Assembly: GCF_036321535.1 (NCBI RefSeq)
Contig: NC_087436.1
Location: 38,132,001 to 38,196,000 of the forward strand
Source: Camelus dromedarius
Lineage: Eukaryota
Reading direction: 5' to 3'
Length of the DNA stretch: 64,000 nucleotides
The translations under genes were made by a program, and so were the position numbers. Positions 28,120 through 39,989 of this stretch are shown here, piece after piece. Numbering within the stretch: the stretch's first letter is position 1; each line of letters opens with the position of its first letter. The notes below the pieces were generated by a model. That model searched no databases and was not told the DNA's origin. It saw only the letters and a list, made by a program, of their open reading frames with translations.

Positions 28120-28484
28120 AACAACAATTCTTCACCTGAGGGCCAAGGACCCCCCAACGAGCCCATGAATAAATTTTAGAGAGTCTGTGGACTTGGGCAG
28201 GAAAACATTACATTTTCGTTTTCACTACTACTTAAATGAAATTTAACATTCCCTCAATTATGGATGCAGGCAACAAAAATACATTAGTAGCAGCACTATC
28301 TACAACTGTGTTACCTATAGCAATCACAGATATTTCCGTATCATAACATAGTTGTTGTAGCTATACTGAAATATAGTTTTCTTCATTTCAACTTTGAATT
28401 CATTACAACCATTAGATCTGTTGCTAGATCTTGTCATTTACTATAAATAATAAATAAGCTAATATAGTACTATGCCACAAATTT
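28120..28484. mobile_element. hAT-Charlie MITE (Charlie4a-like), left part; host of the L1 insertion
   Basis: 'ttcttcacctgagggccaaggaccccc...aatcacagatatttccgtatcat...gctagatcttgtcattta'; continues after the L1. Confidence 0.7.
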
Positions 28485-28768
28485 TGTTTTTACATGTTTT
28501 ATTGAGTAATAGTCATTTTACAATGTTGTGTCAAATTCTAGTGTAGAACACAATTTTTCAGTTATACGTGAACATATATATGTTCATTGTCACATTTTTT
28601 TTTCGCTATGAGCTACCACAAGATCTTGTATATATTTCCCTGTGCTATACAGTATAATCTTGTTTATCTATTCTGTATTTTAAAATCCCAGTCTATCCCT
28701 TCCCACTCCCCGCCCCCTTGGCAACCACAAGTTTGTATTCTGTCTATGAGTCTGTTTCTGTTTTGTAT

Positions 28769-29134
28769 TTATGTTTTTTTTAGATTCCTCATACGGTATT
28801 TTTCTTTCTCTTTCTGGCTTACTTCACTTAGAATGACATTCTCCAGGAACATCCATGCTCCTGCAAATGGTGTTATGTTGTTGGTTTTTATGGCTGAATA
28901 GTATTCCATTGTATAAATATACCACATCTTCTTTATCCAGTCATCTGTTGATGAACATTTAGGCTGTTTCCATGTCCTGGCTATTGTAAATAGTGCTGCT
29001 GTGAACACTGGGGTGCAGGTGTCATCCTGAAGTAGGGTTCCTTCTGGATATATGCCCAGGAGCGGGATTCCTGGGTCATATGGTAAGTCTATTCCTAGTC
29101 TTTTGAGGAATCTCCATATGGTTTTCCACAGTGG
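28769..29134 (-). pseudogene. L1 ORF2 C-terminal remnant
   Basis: 'MFTAALFTIARTWKQPKCSSTDDWIKKMWYIYTMEYYSAIK...LENVILSEVSQ' is the canonical L1 ORF2p C-terminus. Confidence 0.92.
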
Positions 29135-29274
29135 TTTTCCTTGCTTCCCTCTCCCACTCTTAATGATTTAGATGTCTTCTTTAACAATTTTATGTTTATT
29201 CTTTTTGTAATTCATGGCAGTCATTTCCTTTCCAGTTATGAGTTTCTCATTTTTGTAGCATCCTGCTTTTCTAT

Positions 29275-30154
29275 TTAGAGTAGATCTGTCAATATTTCTT
29301 TTAGCATGGGTTTAGTGTTGCTAAACTCTGTTAGTTTTGCTTGTCTGTGAAGTTCTTTATCTCTCCTTCTATTCTTAAAGGATAGCCTTGCTGGATAGAG
29401 TATCCTAGGCTGCATCTTTTTTTCATTCAGGACTTTGAATATATCTTGCCACTCCCTTCTGGCCTGTAGTGTTTGTGTAGAGTAGTCAGCTGAGAGCCTT
29501 ATGGGGGTTCCCTTGTAACTCACTCTTTGTTTTTCTCTTGCTGCCTTTAGGATCCTTTCTTTATCCTTGACTCTGGCCATTTTGATTATGATATGTCTTG
29601 GTGTGGGTCTGTTTGGGTTCTTCCTGTTTTTGGATATCTGATTCCTTCTTTAGGTTTGGAAAGTTTTCAGTCATGACTTCTTCAAATACTTTTCAATCCC
29701 CTTTGTTCTTTCTTCCCCTTCTAGAACCCCTGTTATGCGTAAATTGGCACGCTTTGTATTATCCCATAGGTCCCTTATATTGTTTTCATTGTTTTTTATT
29801 TGTTTTTTCTCTCAGCTGTTCTGATTGGGTGCTTTCTGTTGTCCTGTCTTCTAGGTCACTTTTGCGTTCCTCTGCATTATCTAGCCTGCTTTGTACAGCC
29901 TTTAGGTCAGGTCTCATCTCAGCAAATGAGTTTACTAATTCTACTTGGTTCTTCTTTATAGCTTCTATTTCATTTTTGACATATTTTATATCTCTAAACA
30001 CTATTTCTTTTAGTTCCTTCAGTACTTTGATTACTCCTTTTTTGAAATCTTGATCTAGTAGGCCATCAATGTCTATTTCCTTGCTCGTGCTTTCAGGAGA
30101 TTTCTTTCGATCTTTTAATTGGGAGTGGTTCCTCTGCTTCTTCATCTTGCTCAT
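29275..30154 (-). pseudogene. L1 ORF1p (RNA-binding protein), frameshifted
   Basis: 29786..30154 gives N-terminus and coiled coil ('RLDNAEERKSDLEDR'); 29275..29580 gives 'KERILKAAREK..YKGTPIRLSAD..TLQARREWQDIFK..QPRILYPARLSF'. Confidence 0.93.
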
Positions 30155-31494
30155 ATCTCTCTGGCACTGTGGCTTAAGGAGTATCAGTTATCTAGTTCTC
30201 CTGGAGACGGTGTGCTCTTAATGATTTTATCAAGAGGTCTTCGCGTCTTCTCCGTTTCGCAAACTCAGTTTGCTGTTTCCAGAGGCCCTCTGTTGGCGCT
30301 CTTGTCTGTGCTGCTCCCAGTGGCTGTTGGCTAGCAGATCACGCCCCCTCCTAACACTAGGTCAGGAGCTGAGCTCTTATCTGGTGGGCAGATGGGTCAC
30401 TCCCCCTCTCGATGCCGCAGTCAGATGCTGCACTTGGGGGAGGCAGGTGGGCAGATCGCACCCCCTCCTAGCACCGTGGTCAGGTGCTGCATTCCTGCCA
30501 GGAAGGCGAGTGACCGCCTGCCCTCTCCCAGCACCGGTCGCTCTGCTGCTCTGTGCAGCTGCCCCCTCCACCTCAGGTCAGTGCTCCGAAGGCGGGCTCG
30601 GGGAAGATCGTGGAATGGCCCCGCCCCTGCTCCATGCCAAATCTCAGCTCCTTGTTTGTCTCGGTGTTGCAAGCTCTCTGAGGTGCCAGGGCAGAAAGAT
30701 CCTATCTGCCTTGGGCTTTAAACAAGTCTCACTCCTGTCCAGGAGGTTGCGGAGCCCTCGAGTGAGAATTCAAGGCTGGGCCCCACCCCTGCCCGGGCGC
30801 TGCACCCAGGAGGAGATGGCAGCTGTGGCTGCGCCCCGCCTCTCTTCTCGGGAGAAGCACCAGTAATGGTGGCACAGGTCTGGGGAGACAAAGGGTATGG
30901 TGCCCCTCCCCCCAGGGCACACCAGCCATGTTGCTTTTATTTTCACAGTTTATCGGGGACTGAGGTTGTTCTGCTCCGTATCCCCTCCCAGCCACGGTGC
31001 GCAGCTCCCTGCAGTCCCCCAGGGCTGCCCCAGTGCAGCCGCCCCAGTCCTCCACCTGGCTCAGGCGGCCTGTCTTGGCCCCCAGTTGCCAGCTCGCGTC
31101 TTGGGCTGGGTGTCACGAGGACCCTTTGTGCCCATTTAACTCAGTTCTGTTGGTCAAAGGGTGCTTGGGGCAGATCTGAGCCTTGGAGGCTCCCCCTTTG
31201 TCCTGCTGGCCTCTCCGTTGGAGGAGGGAGACCCAGCAAACGAGCTCCAGTCCTCCTTTGCCACTCCCTCCCTGCAGGATCGGTCCCACACTGTTTTGCC
31301 TTTTCTTCTTTCTTTTTTCCTTTTCTCCTACCAGATTTTTGGTGTCTTTGTGTTTTGAAGAGGGCGATGTTCTGTTGGAGTTCAGCAGGTGCTTTGGTTG
31401 GCTGAGTAGGTCCGTAGATGTGAGTTTTGTTGTATTTGTGGAAGAGGGTGAGCTAGAAGTGTCCTTCTACTCCGCCATCTTGCTTCTCTCCCCC
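30155..31494 (-). promoter_or_regulatory. L1 5'UTR internal promoter with YY1 motif
   Basis: Most GC/CpG-rich segment of the window; sense strand starts GGGGAGAGAAGCAAGATGGCGG (YY1 core CAAGATGGCGG at 31472-31482). Confidence 0.8.
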
Positions 31495-31511
31495 TACTAT
31501 GCCACAAATTT

Positions 31512-31660
31512 ATTTTTAAACATATTTTAATAGACATTTTAGTACAATCAGTTTTCTTCATAAGCCTCTGAATTGTATTTTGTGGTGTTTGAGCTGTAGG
31601 CTTCTTCATACCACACCAAAGGATGAGGGCATGAAAGACGTGAAGAGTCCCCACACTAAA
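31512..31660. mobile_element. hAT-Charlie MITE, right part
   Basis: Resumes after the TSD; ends '...taggcttcttcatacc...aaagg...gaagagtcccc' resembling the Charlie terminus. Confidence 0.6.
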
Positions 31661-31789
31661 TAAATATTAAAGGTCTTTTAATTTCTAAATGGCAATGACT
31701 ATAGTTTAAAAGATTTACTTAAACTTCACTGAGTAGAAATCTTATTTGAAAAAAAGAATTGTACAACTGATAAAACTTATTTCTTTTTT

Positions 31790-32375
31790 TCTCCTAGTTT
31801 TAGTGAGATATAATTGGCATACAGAACTATGTAGGTTTAAGGTGTACAGCACAATGATTTGCCTCACATACATAATCTCATTTGGATAAAAAATGAAAGA
31901 AAAAGAAAAAATTTTTTCTTGTGATGAGAACGCTTAGGGTTTACTCTCTTGACAACTTTCACATATCACATTTAGTAGTGTTAATTATATTTATCATACT
32001 GAACATTGCATCCCTAGTACTTATCATATAATTGGAAGTTTGTATCTTTTGACTACCTTTATCCAATTCCCCCTCCTCCCATCCTCTGCCTCTGGTACCT
32101 ACAAATCTAATCTCTTTTTCAATGAGTTTGTTTATTTGTTTTCTTGTTTTTGAAGTATAATTGACTACAACACTATATTAGTTCCTGGTAAACAAAACAG
32201 TGATTCGATATTTCTATACATTTCAAAATGATCACCATACTAAGTCTAGTTACCATCTATTCCATACAAAGATATTACATAATTATTGACTATATTCCCC
32301 TCAGTGTACATTTCATACTCATGATTTATTTTGTAACTGAAAGTTGGTACCTCTTAATCTCTCACACCTATTTCT
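31790..32375 (-). mobile_element. L1 3'UTR fragment (laurasiatherian L1MA-type)
   Basis: 'gagatataattggcatacag...tttaaggtgtacagcac'; 'ttgtgatgagaacgcttagg'; 'ttgtaactgaaagttggtacctc'. Confidence 0.85.
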
Positions 32376-34703
32376 AAATCTGACTATATAAAATAAAAAG
32401 AAAACTCTCTTTAAAGCTTGAACAACTAAACTTCCCTTAAAAACATTGTCAATTGCATCATGCCATGTGGACCTCTGAAGGTTTTGATGAATGTGATTCG
32501 GACGATAGCATTTAAGTTCCTACTGCTTGACAATTATTAGTTTCAAACATTAGTTAATGAATTAACTCAGCATTTGTCCAGATTTTGTTTTCATTTGAAT
32601 TTCCTGTTCTACTAAGTACACAGGGAACAATTCAGAACTTTAGAATGTGACTGAATGACTAGAGAGTGAATTATATCCATATTTTTCAAATGATGAACTA
32701 GGCAACAAAAAGAATAACTGGCAAAACAAACAGAAAACAGAATTCTGACTTTCGTCTATTTCTACCATCAACAATGGTATTCAATTTGTACTAATTCAAT
32801 TTGTACTATTCAATTTGTACTAATTCTTTATGCCTCTCCTGAAGGAACAATAATCTATCCTCCAATCCTCAGGGGATGGAAGAGCACGTTCAACAGGTTT
32901 TAATGTAAAGCAAAGGGCATGCTTTCTAAGAATGTCTGTTTTATAACAGTCATGGTTGTCACCATAAATATGATTAGTTGGCTTTTTGTCACCAACAAGC
33001 CTTTTAATTCTGAGACAGTGGCAAAGATGAATAATGAAAAGACTCCATCATTCTGTAAAGCTGCAATTTTAAAGAATGTAAATCTTATGATGAAAGAAGG
33101 AAGTTGGCTGAATTATGTACAAACTGCAATTTGACCAATATTGTTTTTCATAATAACTACTCTTAACATGTCAGCCATATTTCTTCTTTTGCACTAAAGA
33201 CATATTTCTTTGACATGACAGTAAATTATTTTTTCCTGTCCTTATTCACTTCAATCAGGTGGTGCTGAATGATTAAAATGAAAACTTATACATTTCAAAA
33301 CATACATTTTCTTTTCTTACTCCCTTCAGTGTTATCATTGGAATCAATTCATTTTGGCAAGGGATGCTTTTTTATTATATTACTTACACTGTGAAGATGC
33401 ATTTTATTAACAATAAGAGATTTTCCTTATTCAATAAGGAATCCCAAGTCATATTCTGTAGGCTTGGAAAAGAGGGATTAACAACATGATTTCACTCACA
33501 TGATAAATCATTTTATACGCTTCTATATATATTAATACATATTTTGGATTTGAAGTTTAAGTTCAATTATAAAAAGTCTTTACATCTTCAATATCTTAAT
33601 ATTTGTACAATTTTTTTCTAATCTGGGAAGTATAATGCCAAAGAAATAACCAATCACCTTACAGAGTTAAATAAGCTAAGGTAAAACAATCATTCTGTTC
33701 CTTTCAGCTCATCAAACATTCTACAGTAATTTTTAATGGAAAAATAGCCAAAGTAAAGGCTGAGAGGCAGATTCCCTTAAGACTCTGGAAATTCACTTAT
33801 TCAAGGCTTTTAAAATATTTTCCTTTCTTCCCTCTGCAAAATCTTTCATGTATTGAATATGTGTAAAAGAGTATTGGGAGAGGATGAAGTGCGGGAAATG
33901 CAGATTTTGAAGGGATTAAGTGGAATATGCTTTTATTTTTAAAAAGAGGTGAGCATAGACATTTTATTTTATAAGCTTCTGGTCCATTAAGTTAAAAAAT
34001 GAATAAAATTATTTTTAAGAGATTGGCACTGATCTCAGCAAATGGAGTAAAAAAAACTGAAAGCCAGATTATAAATGGGAAAGCATTTATGTTTTTTTCC
34101 AAAGTTATAAAATTTGAGAAGTGTTTAGCACAGGCACTGCTTTATTTTGTAGATTAAAATATATAGTGTATTTGGAATGAAACACACATATCTTAGGACA
34201 GGTTCCGTATGTGAAAATATAGAACATCGGACTGGGAAATTGCCACTGACAAAGCTATATGTGCAGTTAAATACAAGACAACAACCCTTTAGACAAAGGC
34301 AAGGGAAAACACTTTTCTTAATCCTTCAGTGAGTTCCAACAGAGAATATAGACATAGCACCTGCTTGAGGTTAAAACTAGGATTTTCAGAACAACCTAAA
34401 CTACTTGCAGTTAGTTTGATATAATCATTTTTCAGAAATAAAAAATAATTTTATTAATATTAATAAAATTTTTAATATATAAAATTTTATTTATTAATAT
34501 TTAAATGATGCTCTGTTTTTAGAAAAAAATCTAAAACTTTGCTATTTCTGTTAATTAGAAAATAATTTAAGGCTGTACATTATGCTCTGTTATCTGACAT
34601 GAGAATATAAAAGTTTAATTTAATATGTGCCATAGACATGTCATAATTGTCCAGGCTTAAAAAATCTCTAGGCTTATAATTCCTCTATTTCTATTTCTAT
34701 TTC

Positions 34704-34704
34704 C

Positions 34705-34738
<34 letters not shown>

Positions 34739-34780
34739 ATGAATAAATATACACACATATGTGCACACACATACATACAT
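34704..34780. repeat. (TA)n(TG)n microsatellite
   Basis: Direct inspection. Confidence 0.85.
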
Positions 34781-35949
34781 AATTAATTAATTAATACAAC
34801 TGTTTATTCAGGACTTACTATGTATAAGGCACCATATTACCATGGTGGGCACTTTGGAAGATGTAAAAATAGACAAGAGACTATGGTAACACTCAAAGTT
34901 TTTTCCCTCTAGCTGGGAACGACATAAAGCACACATGTAAGACATAAGGAGGCAAATATAAGAAAAGTTCTGATGTAATGCTCTCAGTGTTCATAGAAGA
35001 GAAAGATCACTTTCATCTGGGAATCTGAAGAGACCTGAATTATGAAATGAAGGAAGTGATGTTGCAACTTGAAGTACATCATTTTATGCTGTATGGAGAT
35101 GAAAAGCAAAAGTAAATGAAACAAACTGAGCAAAATCCAGGAAAATATGGATCAAATAGAAAAAAGGGAACAGAACTGCTTTTTGCGAGGCACAGATGTA
35201 TAAAAGTAAGTGGTGTGAAATGGATTTAGAAATATAATTTGCAGACAGATCCCAGAGTTTCGGATACCAAGACCGAGGTTTAGACTCTACTGAGTACAAT
35301 AGGTATGTAAAAGTCTTTGAACAGGAAAATACGATTTGCTATGGTATTTTCAATGCTTTATTATCCAGAACATTAATTGTCTATATGTCTCACTTGGAAA
35401 AGCTTTATCTACACAAAGTTCAAGATCTTCTCCAATATTATCTTCAAGAAGTTTTACTGTTTTAGCATTTCATTTAAATCTTCAAACTACCTGGAACTGA
35501 TTTTTGTGGAGGATGTGAGGAAGATGTCAGGATTCTTTTTTTTCCCCCTAAATGGAGAGAAATTTTTTTCTTTCTAATTTCCTAGTTCTTAAAGGAAGCT
35601 TCATTATATGATCAAAATATTGAATGATACTGGTTAGTAATCAAAATATGAAAAGTGAAATGCATTACTTATTTTTGCCTGATCGGCAAAGACTTCTTCA
35701 AAATGTTAGTATTTAATGTTGATAATTAGAATAGTCTTGGCATTGAACCAGTCTTTTTTAAGTCTTGGCATTGGAGCTATCTTTTGAGAAATCATTTTGG
35801 CACTATATATCAAATACTTTAACATATGCATAACCTTTGACTGAGTAGTTCTATTTCCATAAACTATTTTTAAAAAAAGAAAATAAAAATATCCAATAAG
35901 GGGACAAAAGTAGAAAAGAGGGGTAGTGATTGCTGTGTTAGAAGTTAAA

Positions 35950-36960
35950 GCTTTAAATACAATAGTTAGGATGGTCTCACTAAGAAGGTGATGTTTGATT
36001 AAAGACCAGAGGGAGGAAAGGAGCTTGCCAAGTACCTTTGTCTGAGAGGAAAGCATTCCAGGCATGGAGGTCTAAGAATCTGAAGGTTTTGAGCATATTT
36101 ATTTGAGGAACAGTAAGATGGCCAGTGAGGGAGGGGAAAGAAGAATTAAGTGAGATCAGAAAAATAGCTGAAGCTAGATTGGGGGGCCCCTTTAAAGATA
36201 CTGTAATACTTTGACTTTTTACTCCAAATAAGATAGAATTTATTGGAGAAATCTGAATAGAGGAGTAATATGAGCTCACGTATGATTTCACAAATTTACT
36301 GTGGCTTTTATACTTTGAATAGAAAGTAGGAACATAAGAAATGCTAGTCAGATGGAAATTCAATGATCCAAGCCAGAACTGTTGGTTTTCCAGACCAAGA
36401 TATTAGCAGAGAGGTTGGTAAGAAGGGGACACAGATCCTGGATATGTTTAGAAGGAGGAATTAACAGAATTTGCAGATTAGATACAGATATAGGGTAGAG
36501 ACAGAGAGGAGTCTAAATGACTCTGGTGCTTTTGTCCTGAATATCAGCAGAATATAATTGTTACTAAATGAGATGTATAAAACTATAGGAGAAAATGGTT
36601 TGAGTCAGGGGGAAGGTCAGAAATTTGAATTTGGCATAAATTTGATGTATCCAACTGAAACAGACAGTTGGATGGCATTTAGAGGAAAGGTTTGGACTAA
36701 AGATATACATTTAGATATTAGCAAGGAAATGGTATTTAAAACCATGAGCCTGAGTGAGGTTATCCAGAGAGTGAGGGTAAACAAAAAAGCAAAGCTAGAA
36801 GTCTAAGCTGAATCTTAAGCCACTCCAATGTCAAAAACTTGGTGATATGAGGGTTATCTCATAGAGGAGATTAGGAAGAACTAAAGAGTGAGTTATGAGG
36901 AAAACCAGGAGAGCCTGGCAATCTGGACACCAAGAGAACGAATTTCATGAAGGAGGAGAA
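35950..36960 (-). mobile_element. LINE-2 fragment
   Basis: 'ggatggtctcactaagaaggtgatgtttga...aagcattccaggca...gatcctggatatgtttagaagg'. Confidence 0.8.
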
Positions 36961-37479
36961 ATTCTGTAAAATTATGATCCAATAACAAAGATATAACTTT
37001 ATATAACCATTAAAGTCATATGTTTTGTATACCTGAAACTAATATAATATTGTAAATCAACTATACTCCATTTTAAAAAATCACATGTTTTGGATATTAC
37101 TAAATGACGTAGAAAAAGTGTCCTTCTCTACTAAGGTAAAAAACAAAATATAAATTATGATCCTTGTTCTGAAAAGTCAATACATATGATATATATATTT
37201 AAACAGAAAAAAAATGACTGAAAGGGATTACACCAAAATATTAATAATGTTTATCTCTGGGTGTCAGGATTATGGATAATTTAATTTTTCTATATTTTCT
37301 ATATTTCCTCCAAAATATCAAATAAAATGAATTACTTTCATAACCATGATTAAACCAAAAAACTTGGGTTTATTTTAAGGATTTGAAGTGGGCACCATAG
37401 TTCCTCTGTTCATATCCAGATGAACCTCACCCTCCACCTAAATGTTGTTACAAGTGCTTTTCCTTTTATATTATATACA

Positions 37480-38200
37480 TACACACACACACTTCTTTAG
37501 GCCAAAATACTTGAGAAGAAGCTGCAAATGCTTCAACACTTCATTTCTAACTACTTCAACATGAATCTCCTAGGAACAAGGACCTTCCCCTGCAATTATT
37601 ACACTAAGTGATGAATATTAATACAATAATATTTCCTAGTGTGTATGTAATACTTAAATTTCCCAAAGAAGCCCCAAAATGTCTTTAACAGCTTTAATTT
37701 TTTAATTAATCCATCATTCAATTTATGATTACACAATTACTTTTAGTTGTCATGTCTCTATGTCCCTTTTGTCTCTTTTAATCCAGAAAAATTCTTTTTT
37801 TTCCTTCTGCTTTTATTTGGTCTTTCATGACACTGAGAGATTTGGAAGAGTCCAGGTCTGTTATTTTACAGAATGACCTGACTGTTTCCTTATGATTAGA
37901 TGTTGGATAAATGGCAGGAATCTCTCCTTCTCAGAACATCACATCTGGAGATACACGACATCAGTCTGCTTCATTAGTAGTGATGGCAATTTTGATCACT
38001 TGATTAAAGGGGTATTGCCGTATCTCCTCATTGCAGACGTTCCCTTTTTCCTTCTGTAATTAATAAATAATTTGTGGAGTGATACTTAAGAGGGGACTGT
38101 ATGTTCCCCAATAACTTTTCATTCACTGGTTTTAGCATCTCCTCAAAGTTTGTTGCAAAATGGCAATTTTCTAATTCTTTTTTTTTTTCCCTGCTTCAAT
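37480..38200 (-). mobile_element. L1MC-type 3' end fragment
   Basis: 'tacttcaacatgaatctcctaggaacaaggac'; 'tttgatcacttgattaaagg'; 'ttgtggagtgatactt'. Confidence 0.7.
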
Positions 38201-38319
38201 ATATATGTTAACTTCTAAGGGAAGGAGTTTCTTTCTCCAATTTTTCTTCTTTCTTTTCTCTTTCCTCTTTTTCCTTCCTCCCTCTTCTCCCTCTCTCCTT
38301 CCATTTCGTCCTTTCTTCC

Positions 38320-38760
38320 CTCAGGTAATTGCCAGAATTCATTGCCTTGAGATTATAGGATTGAGGTCCTGTTCTCCTGCTGGCTATTAGCTGGGAATTA
38401 CTCTCTGCTCTAAGAGGCTGCCTATAGTTTTATTTTTATTTTAATTTTTTGGATATGTGGCTATCTCCATAAGCCCTCACAGCAGGGCAACATCCTTTTC
38501 AAGCTAACAAGGAAGGAGAAGTCTCTTTCCAGCAGGCTAAGATAGTGTTGTATAATAATGTAATATAAAACCTAATTGGAGGAGTAGTACCCCATCACAT
38601 TTGTTATATGATCTAGCCTAAGGGAGTGGAATTTCATCAGCTTTGCTATACGCTACTGGTTAAAAGCAAGTCACAGTTCCCACCCAGTCACAAGGGGAAG
38701 GAGATTTTACAGAGCCGGAAGAGAAGATTAGGGTCACTCTAGGGTTTGACCTCCTATGGT
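38320..38760. mobile_element. MaLR LTR (MLT1-type)
   Basis: 'gccagaattcattgccttgagattataggattgaggtcc'; 'aagcaagtcacagttcccacccagtcacaagggga'. Confidence 0.75.
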
Positions 38761-39149
38761 AATACTAACTTTAAAAAAAATTGCGTATTTATGAATTTCC
38801 TTTCAAACCCAAGTGAACATTTTTATTTCCATTTACATTGTCATTTACAAAGTTTTTGTAATTAATTTCTAGTTTTATTGCATTGTGATTAGAAAAAGAC
38901 TTTTATCATTTCTATTCTATGGAACTTGATATTTTCATTGTGACCAATATATGGCTTGTTATTGTTGTTGTTGTTTTTAATATTCCATAGGTGCTTGATA
39001 GGAAGACAGTATCTAATAACCTGATATGAAGGCATAAAATTCATAATATTGCTATCAGATCTACCTCCATTAGTACATTGTTTAGTTATTCTATATTCAG
39101 ATTCCTTGTACATTTCACTTGTCTTGAATTGATATAATTCTTTAAATTA

Positions 39150-39970
39150 AGATTTTATATTTGTAAAGAAGGTTTAGATTCACAGCAAAATTGAAGGGAA
39201 GGTCATAGCTGCTATGAACATCTGTGTGCAGGTTTTGTATGAACGTAAGTTTTCCAACTCCTTTGGGTAAATACCAAGAGAGCAATTGCTAGATCATATG
39301 GTAACCATATTTTTAGGTTTGTGAGAAACTAACAAACTGTCTTCCAATGTGGCTGTACCATTTTGCATCCCCACCAGCAAGAAATGAGAGTCCCTATTGC
39401 TCCACATTCTCACCAACATTTGGTGCTGTTAGTGCTCTGGACATTGGCCATTATAATTGGTGTGTAGTGGTATCTTGTTGTTTCTTTTAATTTGCATTTT
39501 TGGGATAACAGGATGTAGAGCCTCTTTCAATATGCTTATTTGTCATCTGTATATCTTCTTTGGAGTCATGTCTCTTAAGGTCTTTGGTCCATTTTTTTTT
39601 TAACTGAAGTATAGTCAGTTACAATGTGTCAATTTCTGGTGTACAGCACAATGTCCCAGTCATGCATATACATACATGTATTTGTTTTCATGTTCTTTTT
39701 CATTAACGGTTATTACAAGATATTGAATATAGTTCCCTATATACAGAATAAATTTGGGTTTTTTAAAATATATATAGTGGCTAACATTTGCAAATCTCAA
39801 ACTCCCAAATTTATGCCTTCTGACACTCCATTTTTAAATCTAGTTGTTTTTTTTCTTTTTGTTGAGTTTTAAGAGTTCTTTGTATATTTTGTATAATAGT
39901 CCTTTATCAGACATGTCTTTCGAAAATATTTTTTCCCAGTCTGTGGTTTGTCATCTTATTCTCTTGAAGA
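39150..39970 (-). mobile_element. Older L1 (3' end/ORF2) carrying a nested young L1
   Basis: 'gctgctatgaacatctgtgtgcagg...gtggctgtaccattttgcatccccaccagc...ttctttgtatattttgtataatagtcctttatcag'. Confidence 0.85.
39592..39825 (-). mobile_element. Young L1 3'UTR fragment nested in the older L1
   Basis: 'tttttaactgaagtatagtcagttacaatgtgtcaatttctggtgtacagc'; flanked by 'tccattttt' on both sides (probable TSD). Confidence 0.85.
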
Positions 39971-39989
39971 TAGTGATAGTTTCTTATTA

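Larger units (their letters stand above)
28485..31494 (-). mobile_element. Internally deleted LINE-1 (5'UTR + ORF1 + spacer + ORF2 tip + 3'UTR), ~3.0 kb
   Basis: 17-bp TSD tactatgccacaaattt at 28468-28484 and 31495-31511; GC-rich 5'UTR; ORF1 peptides; ORF2 C-terminus; short decayed A-tail. Confidence 0.95.

Noticed and set aside
30119..31654. Many overlapping ORFs up to 198 aa
   Set aside because: Expected in the GC-rich L1 5'UTR; no recognisable protein features
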